Source: Octopus vulgaris (lineage: Eukaryota). From it: a stretch of DNA of 64,000 bases. Below the pieces are notes generated by a model. The model did not search any database and had not been told where the DNA came from. It worked only from the letters and a program-made list of their open reading frames with translations. The stretch lies in NCBI GenBank assembly GCA_951406725.2, contig OX597816.1, positions 85,560,001-85,624,000 of the forward strand, in the 5' to 3' direction. Made by a program: the position numbers and the translations under genes. Positions 1 through 13,283 of the stretch are shown here, in pieces; the first letter of the stretch is position 1; each line of letters starts with the position of its first letter.

Positions 1-265
1 AAATAAATCTACTGCAATACTACAATTCAACATATTTCAAGGAACTTTGACAGATAAAAAGTAAATTAAACTTGACAGGACTTGAACTCAGACTGAAAAA
101 TGACGCATGAATGAAGCGGAACATACTTTATTTAGCTCTCAAACGAATTCATCGCTTAACACTTTTCTCTTCACCTCTGATAATGGAAATAGTTTTCAAA
201 TATTTGATAGGTTCCTCTATCCCCATCTCTCCCTTTATCTCTCTTTCCTTATAAATACGCACATA

Positions 266-329
<64 letters not shown>

Positions 330-2049
330 TTTACACAAACACACACACATATATAATGCATGTATGTTTACAATGCATATATGCATGTATACATACGTAC
401 ATAGCATAAATTACATTATTATAGTTCCCGAGCCGCTGATAGACGAGCTAGCGTCAAAATATTTTTTATGGCAAACCTACAAGAATTTACTACCGATTCT
501 TATTTATTAAAGGATTATCGAAAAAGCATTCGATGAAAGTTACCCTTTAATGATAATACGTTTACTCGAAAGAATGACTTATCTACGGTTTGATCTTTAG
601 CTGCAGTGAACAAGTTAACATTAACGTTGACGAGAGAAGGTGCAATAATGTTATTGCATTATGGATTATGAATCAGTGGTGGTCGGGGTGAACGTGTGCT
701 TAGTAAATGGATGGTGGTAGGGAGATATATATGAACTTCCATCACAGGGGAATGATTCATTTCAATTTTTTGTTTCCTTTATAGTAAGAAATATGTTGTT
801 ATAGCTGGCTTATCAACACATCCTTGATGAAGCATATGCGATCGATTAATTCTTACATCCTTATACCTCGAAACATTTCCTTTTCTGTTTTGTCTCTTTC
901 ACTCTTTCTGTCTCTTTATCCCTCTCTCGGCTTCCTGTCATCGACTTATTTGATCAAAGGGAATATTAACATAAATCTCTCGCCGGACAAGACGAGTGAG
1001 GCTAATAGCTGTAAATTCTACGGAGTATGAAGAAACTACCTATTTATTTAGCCTACCAAACGGCTCAACGATATTTCAATGTGTTATGCTTGATATGACA
1101 TTAGTAGGCTCCTCGTTTACTATCTACAGGTCATTTACAGAAATGTAAGAGCTAAATGTCCACCAAAATAGAACTTATCTCTTCTTCAGCACGCGTTCTT
1201 TAATCGTTCGGAATGATATACGGTTGAGGTAATTTTAATTCTTTTATCATCACCCTGCAAAGATATATTTTCTTTCTGTGTTAGAAAAAGGGTTTGTAGT
1301 TGAGAGATCTGCAAGGGGAGTGATTGCTGAAACCATTCTTGTAGTGCATAACTGTTACTTTAGTTGGGGGTTGCTAATTTATTTTCTTTTTACTATGATT
1401 TTTTTTTATGTTTTGCGTTGCGTACTAAGTACGGGTGGAAGAAAAGCCAACATCAGCATATCAACAGGATACAGAAAATCAACAAGATTTTGTAGCTAAT
1501 ACATCAAATAGCAACACCAAATCTATCAACTAAAGCATACAAACACATACACACGCACACATACACATGCACACGCACACACACACACACAATATAGTAA
1601 ACAAACATACATAAATGTAAAGCAAACTATAGAATACAAAATATTAATTATAATCTCTTCAGATATTTCGAATTAAGTTTTAATCACTGTATTTTTAATA
1701 GCTTCGCATCCAAACCAAAATAAAATATATGTCACTTTTCTTGTTAAATCTACATGAATAAATCAGTGATGAGAAACAAACTGCAAAAAAAAAATACAGA
1801 TATAGAATATACTCATATATAAATATGAAACTTTTAATCTTCTCATTTACGTAGGAAAAAAACACAAAAAAAAACAAATGGATGTAGGAAAGTATCACGG
1901 ATTAAAAAAATAAGCAATTTTTATAGCGATGATAGACAGTTTTCATTTGTGTTTTATAAAAATAAAGTAAACTCTGAAAACAAAAATCATAGATACAAAC
2001 TCACATTAGCAGTGAAATTTATTTACTCGAGGCAATGATGAGTAAAATT

Positions 2050-2088
2050 TTATATACATACATATATATATATATATATATATGTATG

Positions 2089-2119
<31 letters not shown>

Positions 2120-2151
2120 ATATATATATATATACATACATATATATATAC

Positions 2152-2199
<48 letters not shown>

Positions 2200-2241
2200 A
2201 CATACATATATATACATATATACATATATACATATATACAC

Positions 2242-2328
<87 letters not shown>

Positions 2329-2333
2329 AATTT

Positions 2334-2365
<32 letters not shown>

Positions 2366-2547
2366 CATATATACACATATATATATATACATATATACAT
2401 ATATATATATACATATATACATATATATATACATATATACATATATATATACATATATACATATATATATACATATATACAAATATATATACATATATAC
2501 ATATATATATATACATATATATATATACATATATACATATACATATA

Positions 2548-2596
<49 letters not shown>

Positions 2597-2598
2597 AT

Positions 2599-2664
<66 letters not shown>

Positions 2665-2671
2665 TATATAC

Positions 2672-2724
<53 letters not shown>

Positions 2725-2739
2725 TATACATATACATAT

Positions 2740-2837
<98 letters not shown>

Positions 2838-3106
2838 CATATATGTATATATTTATATACATGTATTTATATATATATATGTATGTATGTGTGTATATAT
2901 GTGTGTGTATATATATGTATAAATGTATATAAATGTATACATACATATTTATAAGCATAAATATATCCATACATGTAAATATATATATATGTAAAAGTGC
3001 ATGTGTGTATATGTATAAATGTATACATATATATAATGTATATATATTAATAAATCTATATATATTCTTTTTTTATATATATAAATAAATATATACATGG
3101 AAACCG

Positions 3107-3150
<44 letters not shown>

Positions 3151-3160
3151 GTATATACTC
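2050..3160. repeat. Large compound (TA)n/(TACA)n microsatellite
   Basis: About 1.1 kb of TA and TATACA units. The overlapping YIYI ORFs are translations of this repeat. Confidence 0.97.
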
Positions 3161-3472
3161 ATGTACATATAATGGCGGGTTAATAGACTTTTAATTAATA
3201 AGTTAGTGAATCGAAAATTATTGAGATGTGTAGAATTAAGAACTTTCACTGGAAACATGTGAAGCTGAAATGCACCACGTACACACTCACAAACATAAGC
3301 GCACACACTAACACACACATACACAAACACAAACGCGCGCATGCACACTCACATTTTGTTTCACATAAGAAGTCAGATAGAAAATCGCCCACACGTCTAG
3401 AATAAATATGCGTGTGTTATCACATTTCTCTCCCTCTCTCTACCCCTCTTTCCATATATATAAATATATTTA

Positions 3473-3547
<75 letters not shown>

Positions 3548-4266
3548 TTATATATATACATATACTTATATATACATGTGAGTATGTGTATCTCTGTATG
3601 TGTGTTTCTGTGTGTATTCACACATGTATAGGTGTATATGTGCATGTATAAAGAATTGTATAACCCATAGGTCGATAATGAGTATGCCCTTATAATTATA
3701 TGTGATTCTAAGGATTTTTTGGTAAAGATATTAACAAAGCTATATTATATAATTGCCTCTTGTTTAGAGAAAAACCACAGGAATTTTGTTTCTTCTCTAT
3801 AATGGAGTACTATATATCAAATTGATATTAACACTCTGATTTACGTTTTGACAACAAGAAACAGACACAGACAAATTTGTATTAATTTCTTTCGTGTTTC
3901 TCTGTATGTAATGTATGCCATTTTGTTTATCCATTTTGTCACGAAGGAACGGTTCGTAAATTCTCTTCATAATGATTAGAAAAAATCATTTTCCCCTTTT
4001 TCGCCCATGTTTTCTGTTTCCCTTCTATGCTCAGTCCTTGATTTCATGTGATTTACTCATTTTCAGTTCTACTCGCAATTTCCTAACTTCCTTTTCTTTT
4101 ACGCTATTTGTCTCTATGCTGTACCTTCAAAATTTATCTTTACACACACGCAAACACACACAAACACATACATACATACACATATATATGCGTGTATTTA
4201 CACTTAATATAATGTGTATATGTATATATACATACTTATTTATATATATTAATATCAGACACACAC

Positions 4267-4560
4267 GGATCTTTTCTTTTTGAAAGCCAGATTTTCCTAG
4301 TTAACTAAACAATTTGAAACTTCGTATACTGGTAGAATGTGTCAAAAGAAAACATAATTGTAAACCAAAATGAAAACGGAATTGTAATTTCTAAGTTTAA
4401 CGTTGTTTAAAAATTCGAATTTTAACCAATGATATTCTTTCTTTCGGCCTCATATTATTTACTGCTTCTCAAAATATTGTTACTGTGACGTAAACAGCTA
4501 TTTTGTGACGTAGTTAACATAAACATGTAAATAGCAAACTAAAATGTAAACATCTCCGCT
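4267..4560 (+). mobile_element. Long terminal inverted repeat (left) of a non-autonomous DNA transposon, Mutator/MITE-like
   Basis: Starts GGATCTTTTC. It is the reverse complement of ~16850-17132 (ending GAAAAGATCC) over ~290 bp at high identity and is preceded by GACACACAC. Confidence 0.7.
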
Positions 4561-4860
4561 TATCATAAACTTCGTGGAGTATATATAAACTTTGTGTAGA
4601 TCCTAAATAGCTACACACACACGTATACAAACATATGCATATATATATATATATATATATATACACCTATACACACATATTCTAATGCATATGCATATAT
4701 GTGTATATATTTATAATGTGTGTGTATTATAGATGCATACATTATATATATATATATATATGTTATATACATATACATGTATATGTATGTATGAATATAT
4801 AAGTACCACAGAATTTGGATCAAACTGTTTTGATCCATACATACACACACACACACACAC

Positions 4861-5056
4861 ACCAACACTACCATCCATGAGACATCCTAACATAATCAAT
4901 GATACTACTACTATCATCATCATTATCATCATCATCCACTGCCGCCACCACCACCACCACCACCACCTCTACAAAAACACCAACACTATAATTGCTGCCA
5001 TCATACACATCCACTGTCACCACCACCACCACTGCCACGATAACCACATCTACCAC
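4861..5056 (+). repeat. CAC/CAT-rich low-complexity dispersed repeat, with an inverted copy at 16020-16216
   Basis: Near-identical to the reverse complement of 16020-16216. Both translate to ...IIHCRHHHHHLYKNTNTIIAAIIHIHCHH. Confidence 0.85.
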
Positions 5057-5161
5057 AGCTGTTTGCTTACTGCTTACCCACTCACGAAATAGCTATCTAC
5101 GTCACATTAACACTATGCAGCTAATAATTTCAAATGAAAACAGAAAATATGATTGGTTAAG

Positions 5162-5270
5162 GATAGAATAAGTACTGGGCTTACAAAAAGAATAAGTCCC
5201 GGGGTTGTGTTGCTCGATTAAAGGCGATGCTCCAGCATGGCCGCGGTCAAGAGTAACATTAAAAGTAAAA
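5162..5270 (+). mobile_element. SINE 3' tail fragment
   Basis: GATAGAATAAGTACT...GGCGATGCTCCAGCATGGCCGCGGTCAA. The same motif recurs at 11395, 22735 and 24225. Confidence 0.75.
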
Positions 5271-5631
5271 TATGTTTTATATTACACATTAGGGTTAGGG
5301 TTAGTGTCCGAAGGTTGAAAGTGTTTAGTTACAAAAATTATATTTCCGATCAACCGTTGAAAGGGTAAAGATCCCTTATATTATTTATTTAAACCCTTTA
5401 CAAACTAGAAGGGTTATGGATCAAGAGGAAAATACATCAATCAAATGTTGGGAAGGCCATCGGTTGAATAAAACAACATTGTTCCTCAACAGAACAATAA
5501 GGCTCTATAGTTAGGGGGAAATTTACCCATTCAGTTTCAAAACTCAGGTGGAGCCAAAAGAGGTCTCTACACATACATACGTATACACACACACACATAC
5601 ATACATACATATATCCAGACAACTTCAGCTT

Positions 5632-5662
<31 letters not shown>

Positions 5663-6029
5663 ACCGCTTGGATCGCTTTCAATGCCACTACGTCCCGTCC
5701 GATTCGCTCCAAAATTTACAGGGACATGTAGAAATGACGAAGCTCGTGGGCTACCTTAGAAATCCTTACCTTAAAAGGTGTGGTTGCTAGGGGCCATCTT
5801 CCTCACTCACGCTATTTCCTCCAGTACCCTCTCACTCCCCTTCATATATAACTTTGATAATTCCACTACCGTTATTAAAGTATCTGTCACTCTCGCTATT
5901 TCCTCTCTTTTTCACTCACTCTTTTTCTTACCTTCCCATTACATCGGCGTTATTTTACGTATCTGTCTGTCACCAACAACACACGAGCATGAGAACAAAT
6001 ATTATGAATCAGATATTCTTGCGTTCATT

Positions 6030-6165
6030 TATATGTATGTGTGTGTGTGTGTGTTCTATATATAAATATGTAGATATAATGTATGTGTGTGTGTGTGTTC
6101 TATATATAAATATGTATATATAATGTATGTGTGTGTGTGTTCTATATATAAATATATATATATAA
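6030..6165. repeat. ~44-bp minisatellite, 3 copies
   Basis: ATGTATGT(GT)nTCTATATATAAATAT repeated three times. Confidence 0.8.
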
Positions 6166-6764
6166 TGTATATATACAAAGTGTATATATCTGTATTTATG
6201 TATATTAAACTTTTTCATACTTTTTCATAGTTATATATATTTTTAAACAAATTATAAATATAATTTAATAATTTTTATTTTCAATTTAATTTAAATTTAT
6301 CAATTTTATATTTTCTATATTTTCTATATTATATATTTTTTAATGTTTTTGTTTTTTCACTGTTTGATTTGCCTAAAAATTCCATTTTTCACTTTTATGA
6401 TTATACCCAGAGTGCTCTAATCGAATATGAACTGTCTTCCCATTGGCGGACGTTTGTCTTTTTTATTTTTGAAACAAACACATTGCCTCTTTCGTTTTAA
6501 AACAATAAAACAATACTACCTTAATACATTGGTCTAACAAACAAAACATCACCCACTCTCATTCTTTTATGTATCTGAGAATGTGTGTTTGTCTGTCTGT
6601 GTGTTTCCCTAAAACTTGAGAACTACACAACCAATTTCATTCAAATTTTACACATGACTTACTTAGGGTATAAGGAGTGTGTTGAGCTGGGCTCTGGGCG
6701 CCATTGGGCTCACTGTCCACGGATACGAGACCACAGTGAGCGCTATGGCGCCCAGAGCTCGCAA

Positions 6765-8266
6765 CTAATTGCTTCTCGAATTTATCTAGAATCGCAGTGT
6801 GGCTTTAGAAGCAGATCAACTATTGACATGATATTCTCCATACGCCAACTTCAGAAGTCCAGAGAGCAGAACATGCCATAATATATGGCCTTCATTGATC
6901 AGACAAAGGGCTTTGACTATGTAAGTAGAAAAGGTCTCTTCATCCTGCTCCAAAAAAATCGGATGTCCACCAAAGCTGCTGAGGATCATCAAATCATTCC
7001 ATGCTAATATGCAAGGCACCATACAGCACAATGGTTCAACATTAGCCGCCTTCCAAATAAAAAATGGGGTAGAGCAAGGTTGTGTCCTTGCTCCTACATT
7101 ATTTGACATCTTCTTCTCGCTGCTGCTGTCACATGCCTTTGAGACATCAGATGATGGAGTGTTTCTGCACAGTAGAAGTGATGGGAAACTGTTTAATCTC
7201 TCTCGTCTGCGTGCCAAGACCAAAATCTCAGAAGCGTCCTGATGAAGGAGATGCTATTTGCTGATGATGCCGCTCTGGTATCACACACAGAAGAAGCCCT
7301 ACGAAGGCTCAGCAACTGTTTTGAGCAAGCATTTGGCAACTTTGGCTTAGTTATCAGCCTCAAGAATACCAACATCATGGGTCAGGCTACATCGGACATC
7401 CCAAACATACATATTGGAGACCACAGAGTATAGGAGGTGGAGAAGTTTACCTATCTTGGCTCTACCGTTACCTACAACCTATCCCTTGATGCTGAGCTCA
7501 ATATACGCATTGGCAAGGCAGCTGCTGTGATGGCCCATCTCACCAAACGCGCATGGGACAACAATAAGCTGACCAAGACCACAAAAATGAAGATTTACCA
7601 GGCATGTGTACTTAGCACTCTACTGTATGACTTTGACGCCATACACACGCCATACGACGCCATACGTCGCCTAAATATCTTTCACTTGCGCTGTCTCCGG
7701 AAAATCCATCGCATCAAATGGCAGAATCATGTCCCTAACAAAGATGTCCTCAAGCAAGCAGGAATACCAAGCATGTTTGCACTCTTCACACAAAGACGTA
7801 TGAGATCGCTTGGACATGTTAGCTGTATGGAAGATGGCAGAATCCCCAAGGACATACTCAACGGAGAGCTTGCTAGGGGCACTAGGTATGTGGGAAGACC
7901 GTTCTTACGATACAAGGATGTTTGGGACATGAATGCCTGCAACATCAATATTACCAACTGGGAAGCAGTTGCCAGCAACCGTGGAGATTGGCGATGTATC
8001 GTAAAAGAGGGAACACAAAGGAGTGACATAGTGAGAAAGGAGAAATGGAAAGACAAGAAAAGACGTCAACAAAAAACTATGACAGTAAGACCAGTCAGGC
8101 AAAGTCTTCGCTACATTTACGGCACCTGCCAGAGGGAGTGTTTGTCCCGGATAGGACTACACAGCCACAGCAAGAGATGTATTAGGACATGAAATGTAAA
8201 AGCCGGACTAGATTATTTTATGCGCAACTCCATTGTCTCCTGAGACAAAAAGGATGCCAACAACAA
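6765..8266 (+). mobile_element. RTE-clade LINE, 5'-truncated, with frameshifted reverse transcriptase
   Basis: Motifs ESQCGFR..STIDMIFSIRQLQ, GVEQGCVLAPTLF, LFADD, FTYLGS, a C-terminal CxRxCLSRIGLHSH, and a short 3'UTR ending in CAACAACAA. Coding is split over ORFs 6585, 7009, 7242 and 7437. Confidence 0.93.
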
Positions 8267-8339
8267 TATATATGGTTTCGTAGACAGGAACTGTAACAAA
8301 TAAATCGTATATATATGTATGTATATATGTAAGTGTATG

Positions 8340-8485
8340 TGTGTGTCTTTGTCTCTGTGTTTCGCCCTCATCACTGCTTCACAACTGCTGTTCACTTATT
8401 TACATCCACATAACTTACTGGTTTCACAAGAACAAACTAATAGAGTAAGTACTAGGCTTATCAACATAAAAAAGCACTAGGCTGT
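8340..8485 (+). mobile_element. Diverged SINE 3' body fragment
   Basis: TGTCTCTGTGTTT...ATAGAGTAAGTACTAGGCTTA resembles the other SINE 3' halves in the window. Confidence 0.55.
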
Positions 8486-8556
8486 GTCTCATATTTTTGT
8501 TTGCCCACTCAGTTGTATCTATCAATTATCTTTGTGTGTGTGTATCTATCTATCTA

Positions 8557-8609
<53 letters not shown>

Positions 8610-9896
8610 CACCCTAATGGGAGCCATACATCCCAAATTTTAGTAATTTCTTTTATGATCCAAAACTTGGTCAAAAGTACTGAATGGATCTTTATGAAAT
8701 TTGGAAATTATATTCTATGCATAAGGGCCATAACGCCCATGACAATTCATATATTTTTGCTGTTGATGAAATTTTAACCATAGACATTAGACACAAATGA
8801 AGTAATGTCTATAAAATTTCATCTTACAAAGTTAGAAAGACCCCTCCATGGGGACTTAACATCTACAATTTTGTCATTTTATCTAAGCAAAAATGAATAC
8901 AGTTGTGCTCTTGGAAGCTGTAGGGTTACCCGAGCATAAAAGATGAGCATTATTTGTAATTCAATGGTACAACAGTGTAACAGTTTGCTTTGACATACAC
9001 TTACATTGTGATTTCTGCAATGTGCTGCATAAATTGTCAAGTAAATGAGAGGCATATTTGCCTCCACTGATTCAGTTGCAAAGTGTAGAGTAAAATTTAT
9101 TTGATTGCAGACCTCCTTTCAGTCTTTTTATTATCACTCGGTCACACATAGTCCCCAGATGGTAACATTGATTTCAAGGCCTTCCCAGATGAGTGACTGG
9201 TTATTCGAAGACATTTATAGATTTTAAATTTATTCTGTCCAGTTACGTATCAGTATAGTGGTCATTTGCAAAATACAGAGGTGACACTTTCATTTCTCCT
9301 TAGCTCTCACGTCAAACAGTTGTTAATGTTGATTTCAGTTGGGTCACGCCCTTCCAATTGCTATAGATTCGTAATGCATCTTACGGCTGTGCATGTCACC
9401 TGGATGGTGAGGAATCCTACATTAAGAGTGGTAACGACTAGGGTAGGGTAACTGACTGCTTATTGTGATCATTCATCTTTTGGTTTCCTGTAGTTTGCTC
9501 TCTTTTACAAACCCAGTGAACATATATTTCCTATTTCAAAGAAATTCAAACAATAGATATAAGACCCAAGTTAAAAAGATTTTCAACAATTCAACTTCTC
9601 TGGTTGACATTAAGATGCCTACCCCCAACAGGGGCCTTAACTCTCACATTTTAGAGCTCCATGACCTTCATTTTTCAGGAACAAAATCTTTTTAACAAGT
9701 TAAATAAAACTGGAATTTTGGAATATGCGCATAAAAATCAGGATTATGGGATACATGTGGCACGATTACAATTTTTTAGGGTGTGTAAAGATTGAAATAA
9801 CCCTCATCTGCAATTTTGATGAAATTCGAAACATAGATATTCCAGTTCATCACAGAAGATATAACAGAAAAGTCTAATTCTCCAATTGAATGTAAT

Positions 9897-9922
9897 TGGG
9901 CAACGCCGGGTATCTCTGCTAG
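9897..9922 (+). mobile_element. Helitron-like 3' terminus (hairpin remnant + CTAG|T)
   Basis: GGGCAACGCCGGGTATCTCTGCTAG|T matches the 3' end of the elements at 11554 and 15547. The matching 5' part may lie at ~6570-6683, upstream of the RTE insertion. Confidence 0.55.
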
Positions 9923-10149
9923 TTATATATAAATATAAATAAGTAAAAGATATGCAATAAATATAAATATGTATATAAAAGTAAAAATGTACATATATAT
10001 ATATATATATTCTTTCTTTTCTTTCTTTTATTCTTTTACTTGTTTCGACCCGAACACTTCTTTAAAGTAATTCTATATATTTCGCAAGAAAGAACAATAA
10101 TATTATGTATATACATGCCACCATCGGGGGACAAACACAAATACACACA

Positions 10150-10288
10150 CAGTTTCCGTCTACCAAATTCACTCACAAGGTTTTGGTTGGCCTGAGGCTC
10201 TAGTAGAAGACCAAGGCGTCACGCAATGGGGCTGAACCCAGAACCATGTGGTTGGTAAGCAGGCTACTTACCACACAGCCACCCATGC
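10150..10288 (-). mobile_element. tRNA-derived SINE 5' half (octopus OR/CORE-like family)
   Basis: Minus strand reads GTGGCTGTGTGGTAAG (A box) ... GGGTTCAGCCCC (B box-like) ... TTTGGTAGACGGAAACTG. Several copies occur in the window. Confidence 0.8.
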
Positions 10289-10291
10289 ATA

Positions 10292-10335
<44 letters not shown>

Positions 10336-10454
10336 TGTGTGTTTGTGTGTGTTTGTGTGTGTCTGTGTGTAGTTTGACAAGTGTCAATGAACGAAACTCT
10401 CGCCCCTCGAGTCACTCTGTTGCTTCTGCTAAATATTGATAAACACATATATGA

Positions 10455-10588
10455 TGAGCTTTTTCAGATTCCGTCAACCACATCTACTCACAAGGGTGTA
10501 GTCGACTCAGGGCTATAGTAGAAACACCCGCTCAAAGTGCCACGCAGCTGGACTGAACCCGGAACGGCTTACAACACAGGCACGCCTG
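10455..10588 (-). mobile_element. tRNA-derived SINE 5' half, second copy
   Basis: Homologous to 10150-10288 (GGGTTCAGTCC, CTACTATAGCC, GTGAGTAGATGTGGTTGACGGAA). Confidence 0.7.
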
Positions 10589-10617
10589 CTTCTATTCACA
10601 TATACACATGATATATA

Positions 10618-10847
10618 TTTCTTTTGCTACCCACAAGGGGCTAAACATAGAGGGGACAAACAAGGACAGACAAACGGATTAAGTCGATTACATCGACCCA
10701 GTGCGAAACTGGTACTTTATTTATCGACCCCGAGAGGATGAAAGGCAAAGTCGACCTCGGCGGAATTTGAACTCAGAACATAGCGGCAGACGAAATACTG
10801 CTAAGCATTTCGCCCGGCGTGCTAACGCTTCTGCCAGCTCGCCGCCT
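10618..10847 (-). mobile_element. Full-length tRNA-derived SINE (family 2)
   Basis: Minus strand reads GGCGGCGAGCTGGCAGAAGCGTTAGC (A box), GAGTTCAAATTCC (B box), central GTCGACTTTGCCTTTCATCC, and an A-rich tail. A close copy lies at 43495-43724. Confidence 0.9.
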
Positions 10848-11394
10848 CTTGCATATAAATCTATGTGCGTATATAGACACAGTTATACATACACATACCT
10901 AGTCATAGATGGCTACACACACCAACACACACGTACACATACACATGCAAGTAGTCACACGAGTGTACACACAACCACACACATACGCACACACACACAC
11001 ACACATACACACTCGCACGCACGCACATAATCTCCTTTCCTCTCACCCTTATTCTTCTAAGCAAACACACATCTACACACACATAGAAAGGCATGCATGC
11101 ACGCTGACATAAGATTAATTCGCGGCCAAATTCAGGGCAGACGTTGAAGAGAAAGGACAAGCTATTGAAAAGGTCGTGAAAAATAGCGACGAACGGACAT
11201 TCACGAAGAAATAAAACCTTGATTGTTTAACCAGCACGTTAAACAAACGATCGATTACGAAGTTGGTCAGATGTGTAACCATATCGTATGCATAATGACC
11301 CTCCGAAGAAGCAACAAGATGTGTGTGTATACGTGTGTGAGTGTGTGTGCGTATGTGTATATATATGTGTGTGTGTGTGTATGTATGTGTGTGT

Positions 11395-11527
11395 GTGGCA
11401 AAAACAGATCGATAGAATAAGTACTAGGCTTACAAAGAATAGTCCCTAGAGTCGATTTGCTCGACTAAAGGCAGTGCTCCAGCATGGCCAAAGTCAAATG
11501 ACTGTAACAAATAAAAGAATAAAAGAG
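11395..11527 (+). mobile_element. SINE 3' tail
   Basis: GATAGAATAAGTACTAGGCTTACAAAGAATA...GGCAGTGCTCCAGCATGGCC..AGTCAAATGACTG..AAAAGAATAAAAGAG. Confidence 0.8.
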
Positions 11528-11553
11528 TATATATATATATATATATATATGTA

Positions 11554-11947
11554 CTAGCAGTGTCGCCCGGCGTTGCTCGGATTTGTAAGGGAAATAACTA
11601 TATAAGCATTTTTAGAGATGTAAAGTATAATAGCCATCTCAATATGGCTAACCACAAAGGGGGTGTTACTGTAGCTTTTTACATTCTGAGATTTAATAAT
11701 ACATTTTAGAGAGTTACTTCCCTTATATGAACCGAGCGAAAATGCATTAAAAATGCGGAAAAAATGATGCTAATTTTTTTTTTTAATCGTAAACTCATCG
11801 TAGACGTGCGGTAATACCCAGAAGGGCTCGATATGAATCACAACTATAAGATACCCGCTTTTGGTTACACTGCACCGCAAAATGTGGGAGTAGTTAGGAA
11901 TCTAAATCGTAGGAGACAGACACACAACTTCACTTTTATATATAAAG

Positions 11948-11948
<1 letters not shown>
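11554..11948 (-). mobile_element. Non-autonomous Helitron-like element
   Basis: Minus strand begins TC (TCTTTATATATAAAAG) and ends with the subterminal hairpin CCGAGCAACGCCGGG then CTAG. It sits between A and T with no TSD. A second copy is at 15547-15940. Confidence 0.85.
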
Positions 11949-11980
<32 letters not shown>

Positions 11981-12140
11981 CATAGACATATATATACAGT
12001 ATATATATAGTGAAGGGAAGAAATGGAACCGAACCCCATGGTCGTAACCTCAACCGTGTCTCTTCTGGTGTGATTTTTGCTACACAGGTATCGGTTAAAT
12101 TTTGAATAATCCGTAACAAGATAATTCATTTATCCATTTC

Positions 12141-12216
<76 letters not shown>

Positions 12217-12476
12217 TGAGGGAATATTATTCATAACTTACAGGGAAAAATTCAATTTCGAAATACTAAATCAAATTTCACAAATTATAATATATATATA
12301 TATAAAATTAGAAAAAAACACCTTTTATCAATTCAAAATGAACAATTAAATTACACCATCTAGAAAATTACATATAATAGAAATATTAAATATAAAATAA
12401 CAATAATATACCGATGATTAAGTAACGTGCAAAATATTAAATAAATCGTATATATCATGAAATGATAAAAGGTGTG

Positions 12477-12521
<45 letters not shown>

Positions 12522-12563
12522 CATAATTAAATCTCAGAATGAGATTGAAACAGTAATCGCTCG

Positions 12564-12656
12564 ATAATGTAATGTATAGAAGCCATCTTATCATGGCTAA
12601 CCACATTGGGGATCCCCAATGTGGTTAGCCATGATAAGATGGCTTCTATACTTTAC

Positions 12657-12661
<5 letters not shown>
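12564..12661. repeat. 98-bp palindrome with a perfect 78-bp core and no spacer
   Basis: 12574-12651 is self-complementary, centred on GGGGATCCCC. The extension to 12564-12661 has one mismatch. Confidence 0.95.
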
Positions 12662-12699
<38 letters not shown>

Positions 12700-12711
12700 T
12701 TATTTATTTAT

Positions 12712-13030
12712 TTATTACACACATGTGAGTGAGAACACTTTGAGATATTTTTGGTATCTAACATATGTCAGATACTGCGAGCGCTGCTTCTGATTGGTCA
12801 ATCCATGGTGATGACCCGACGTCACGGTGACGGTACTACTTTTGTCATTCATAAGTTACAACTAAACGTGAAGAATTTAGTTATTGGGTTAATAAAATAT
12901 GGTCGTTTATTCGTGTGTAATAAATAAAATACCAAACTCATTCCCTATGGATACCGTATTTATTACAACTCGTTTACAAGCCACTCGTTGTAATAAATAC
13001 GGTATCCATAGGGAACTCGTTTGGTATTCT
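12712..13030. mobile_element. Palindromic non-autonomous element, Crypton-like architecture
   Basis: Perfect 29-bp inverted arms 12941-12969/12987-13015 plus outer 10-bp arms. The ACTC(G) motif is repeated in direct orientation. TTATTACAC (12712) is inverted relative to GTGTAATAA (~12915). Confidence 0.5.
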
Positions 13031-13283
13031 CCATATATATTCAGTCAAACTAATGCACCTGCTTGTTATTCCTGCACCTGTCTTCGTCTTTTGTTGTTTT
13101 CTGTAAATATATCCTTTTATATATGTGTGCTGCAAGATTCTTGATGTGAAACCGTGCGTTGAAACAGATATTGTTGTATTTCGAGATAGTTATTTTTTTC
13201 CCTTTTTTGCCAAATAAACAGGCGCACTATATAATTCCCTTTTCACTCATTTATTACTGTTCTCATTCTAATTTATGTTTATC

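Noticed and set aside
433-475. CTGATA-GACG..CGTC-AAAA hammerhead-like motif
   Set aside because: Both core halves are defective and there is no stem I or III support.
2006-2970. Long ORFs of up to 306 aa (YIYI...)
   Set aside because: They are translations of stop-free (TA)n/(TACA)n microsatellite and are open in all frames.
4733-5092. Poly-His ORF
   Set aside because: It is a CAC/CAT trinucleotide repeat with a dispersed inverted copy and no gene structure.
5289-5304. TTAGGG repeats
   Set aside because: Only about 2.5 units, too short to call an interstitial telomere.
6030-6165. Regularly spaced repeats resembling a CRISPR array
   Set aside because: There are no unique spacers or cas genes. 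It is a eukaryotic minisatellite.
7238-7260. CTGATGA motif
   Set aside because: It lies inside RTE coding sequence with no stem II or GAAA partner.
10760-10847. tRNA-like A/B boxes
   Set aside because: This is the head of a SINE and does not form a full cloverleaf.
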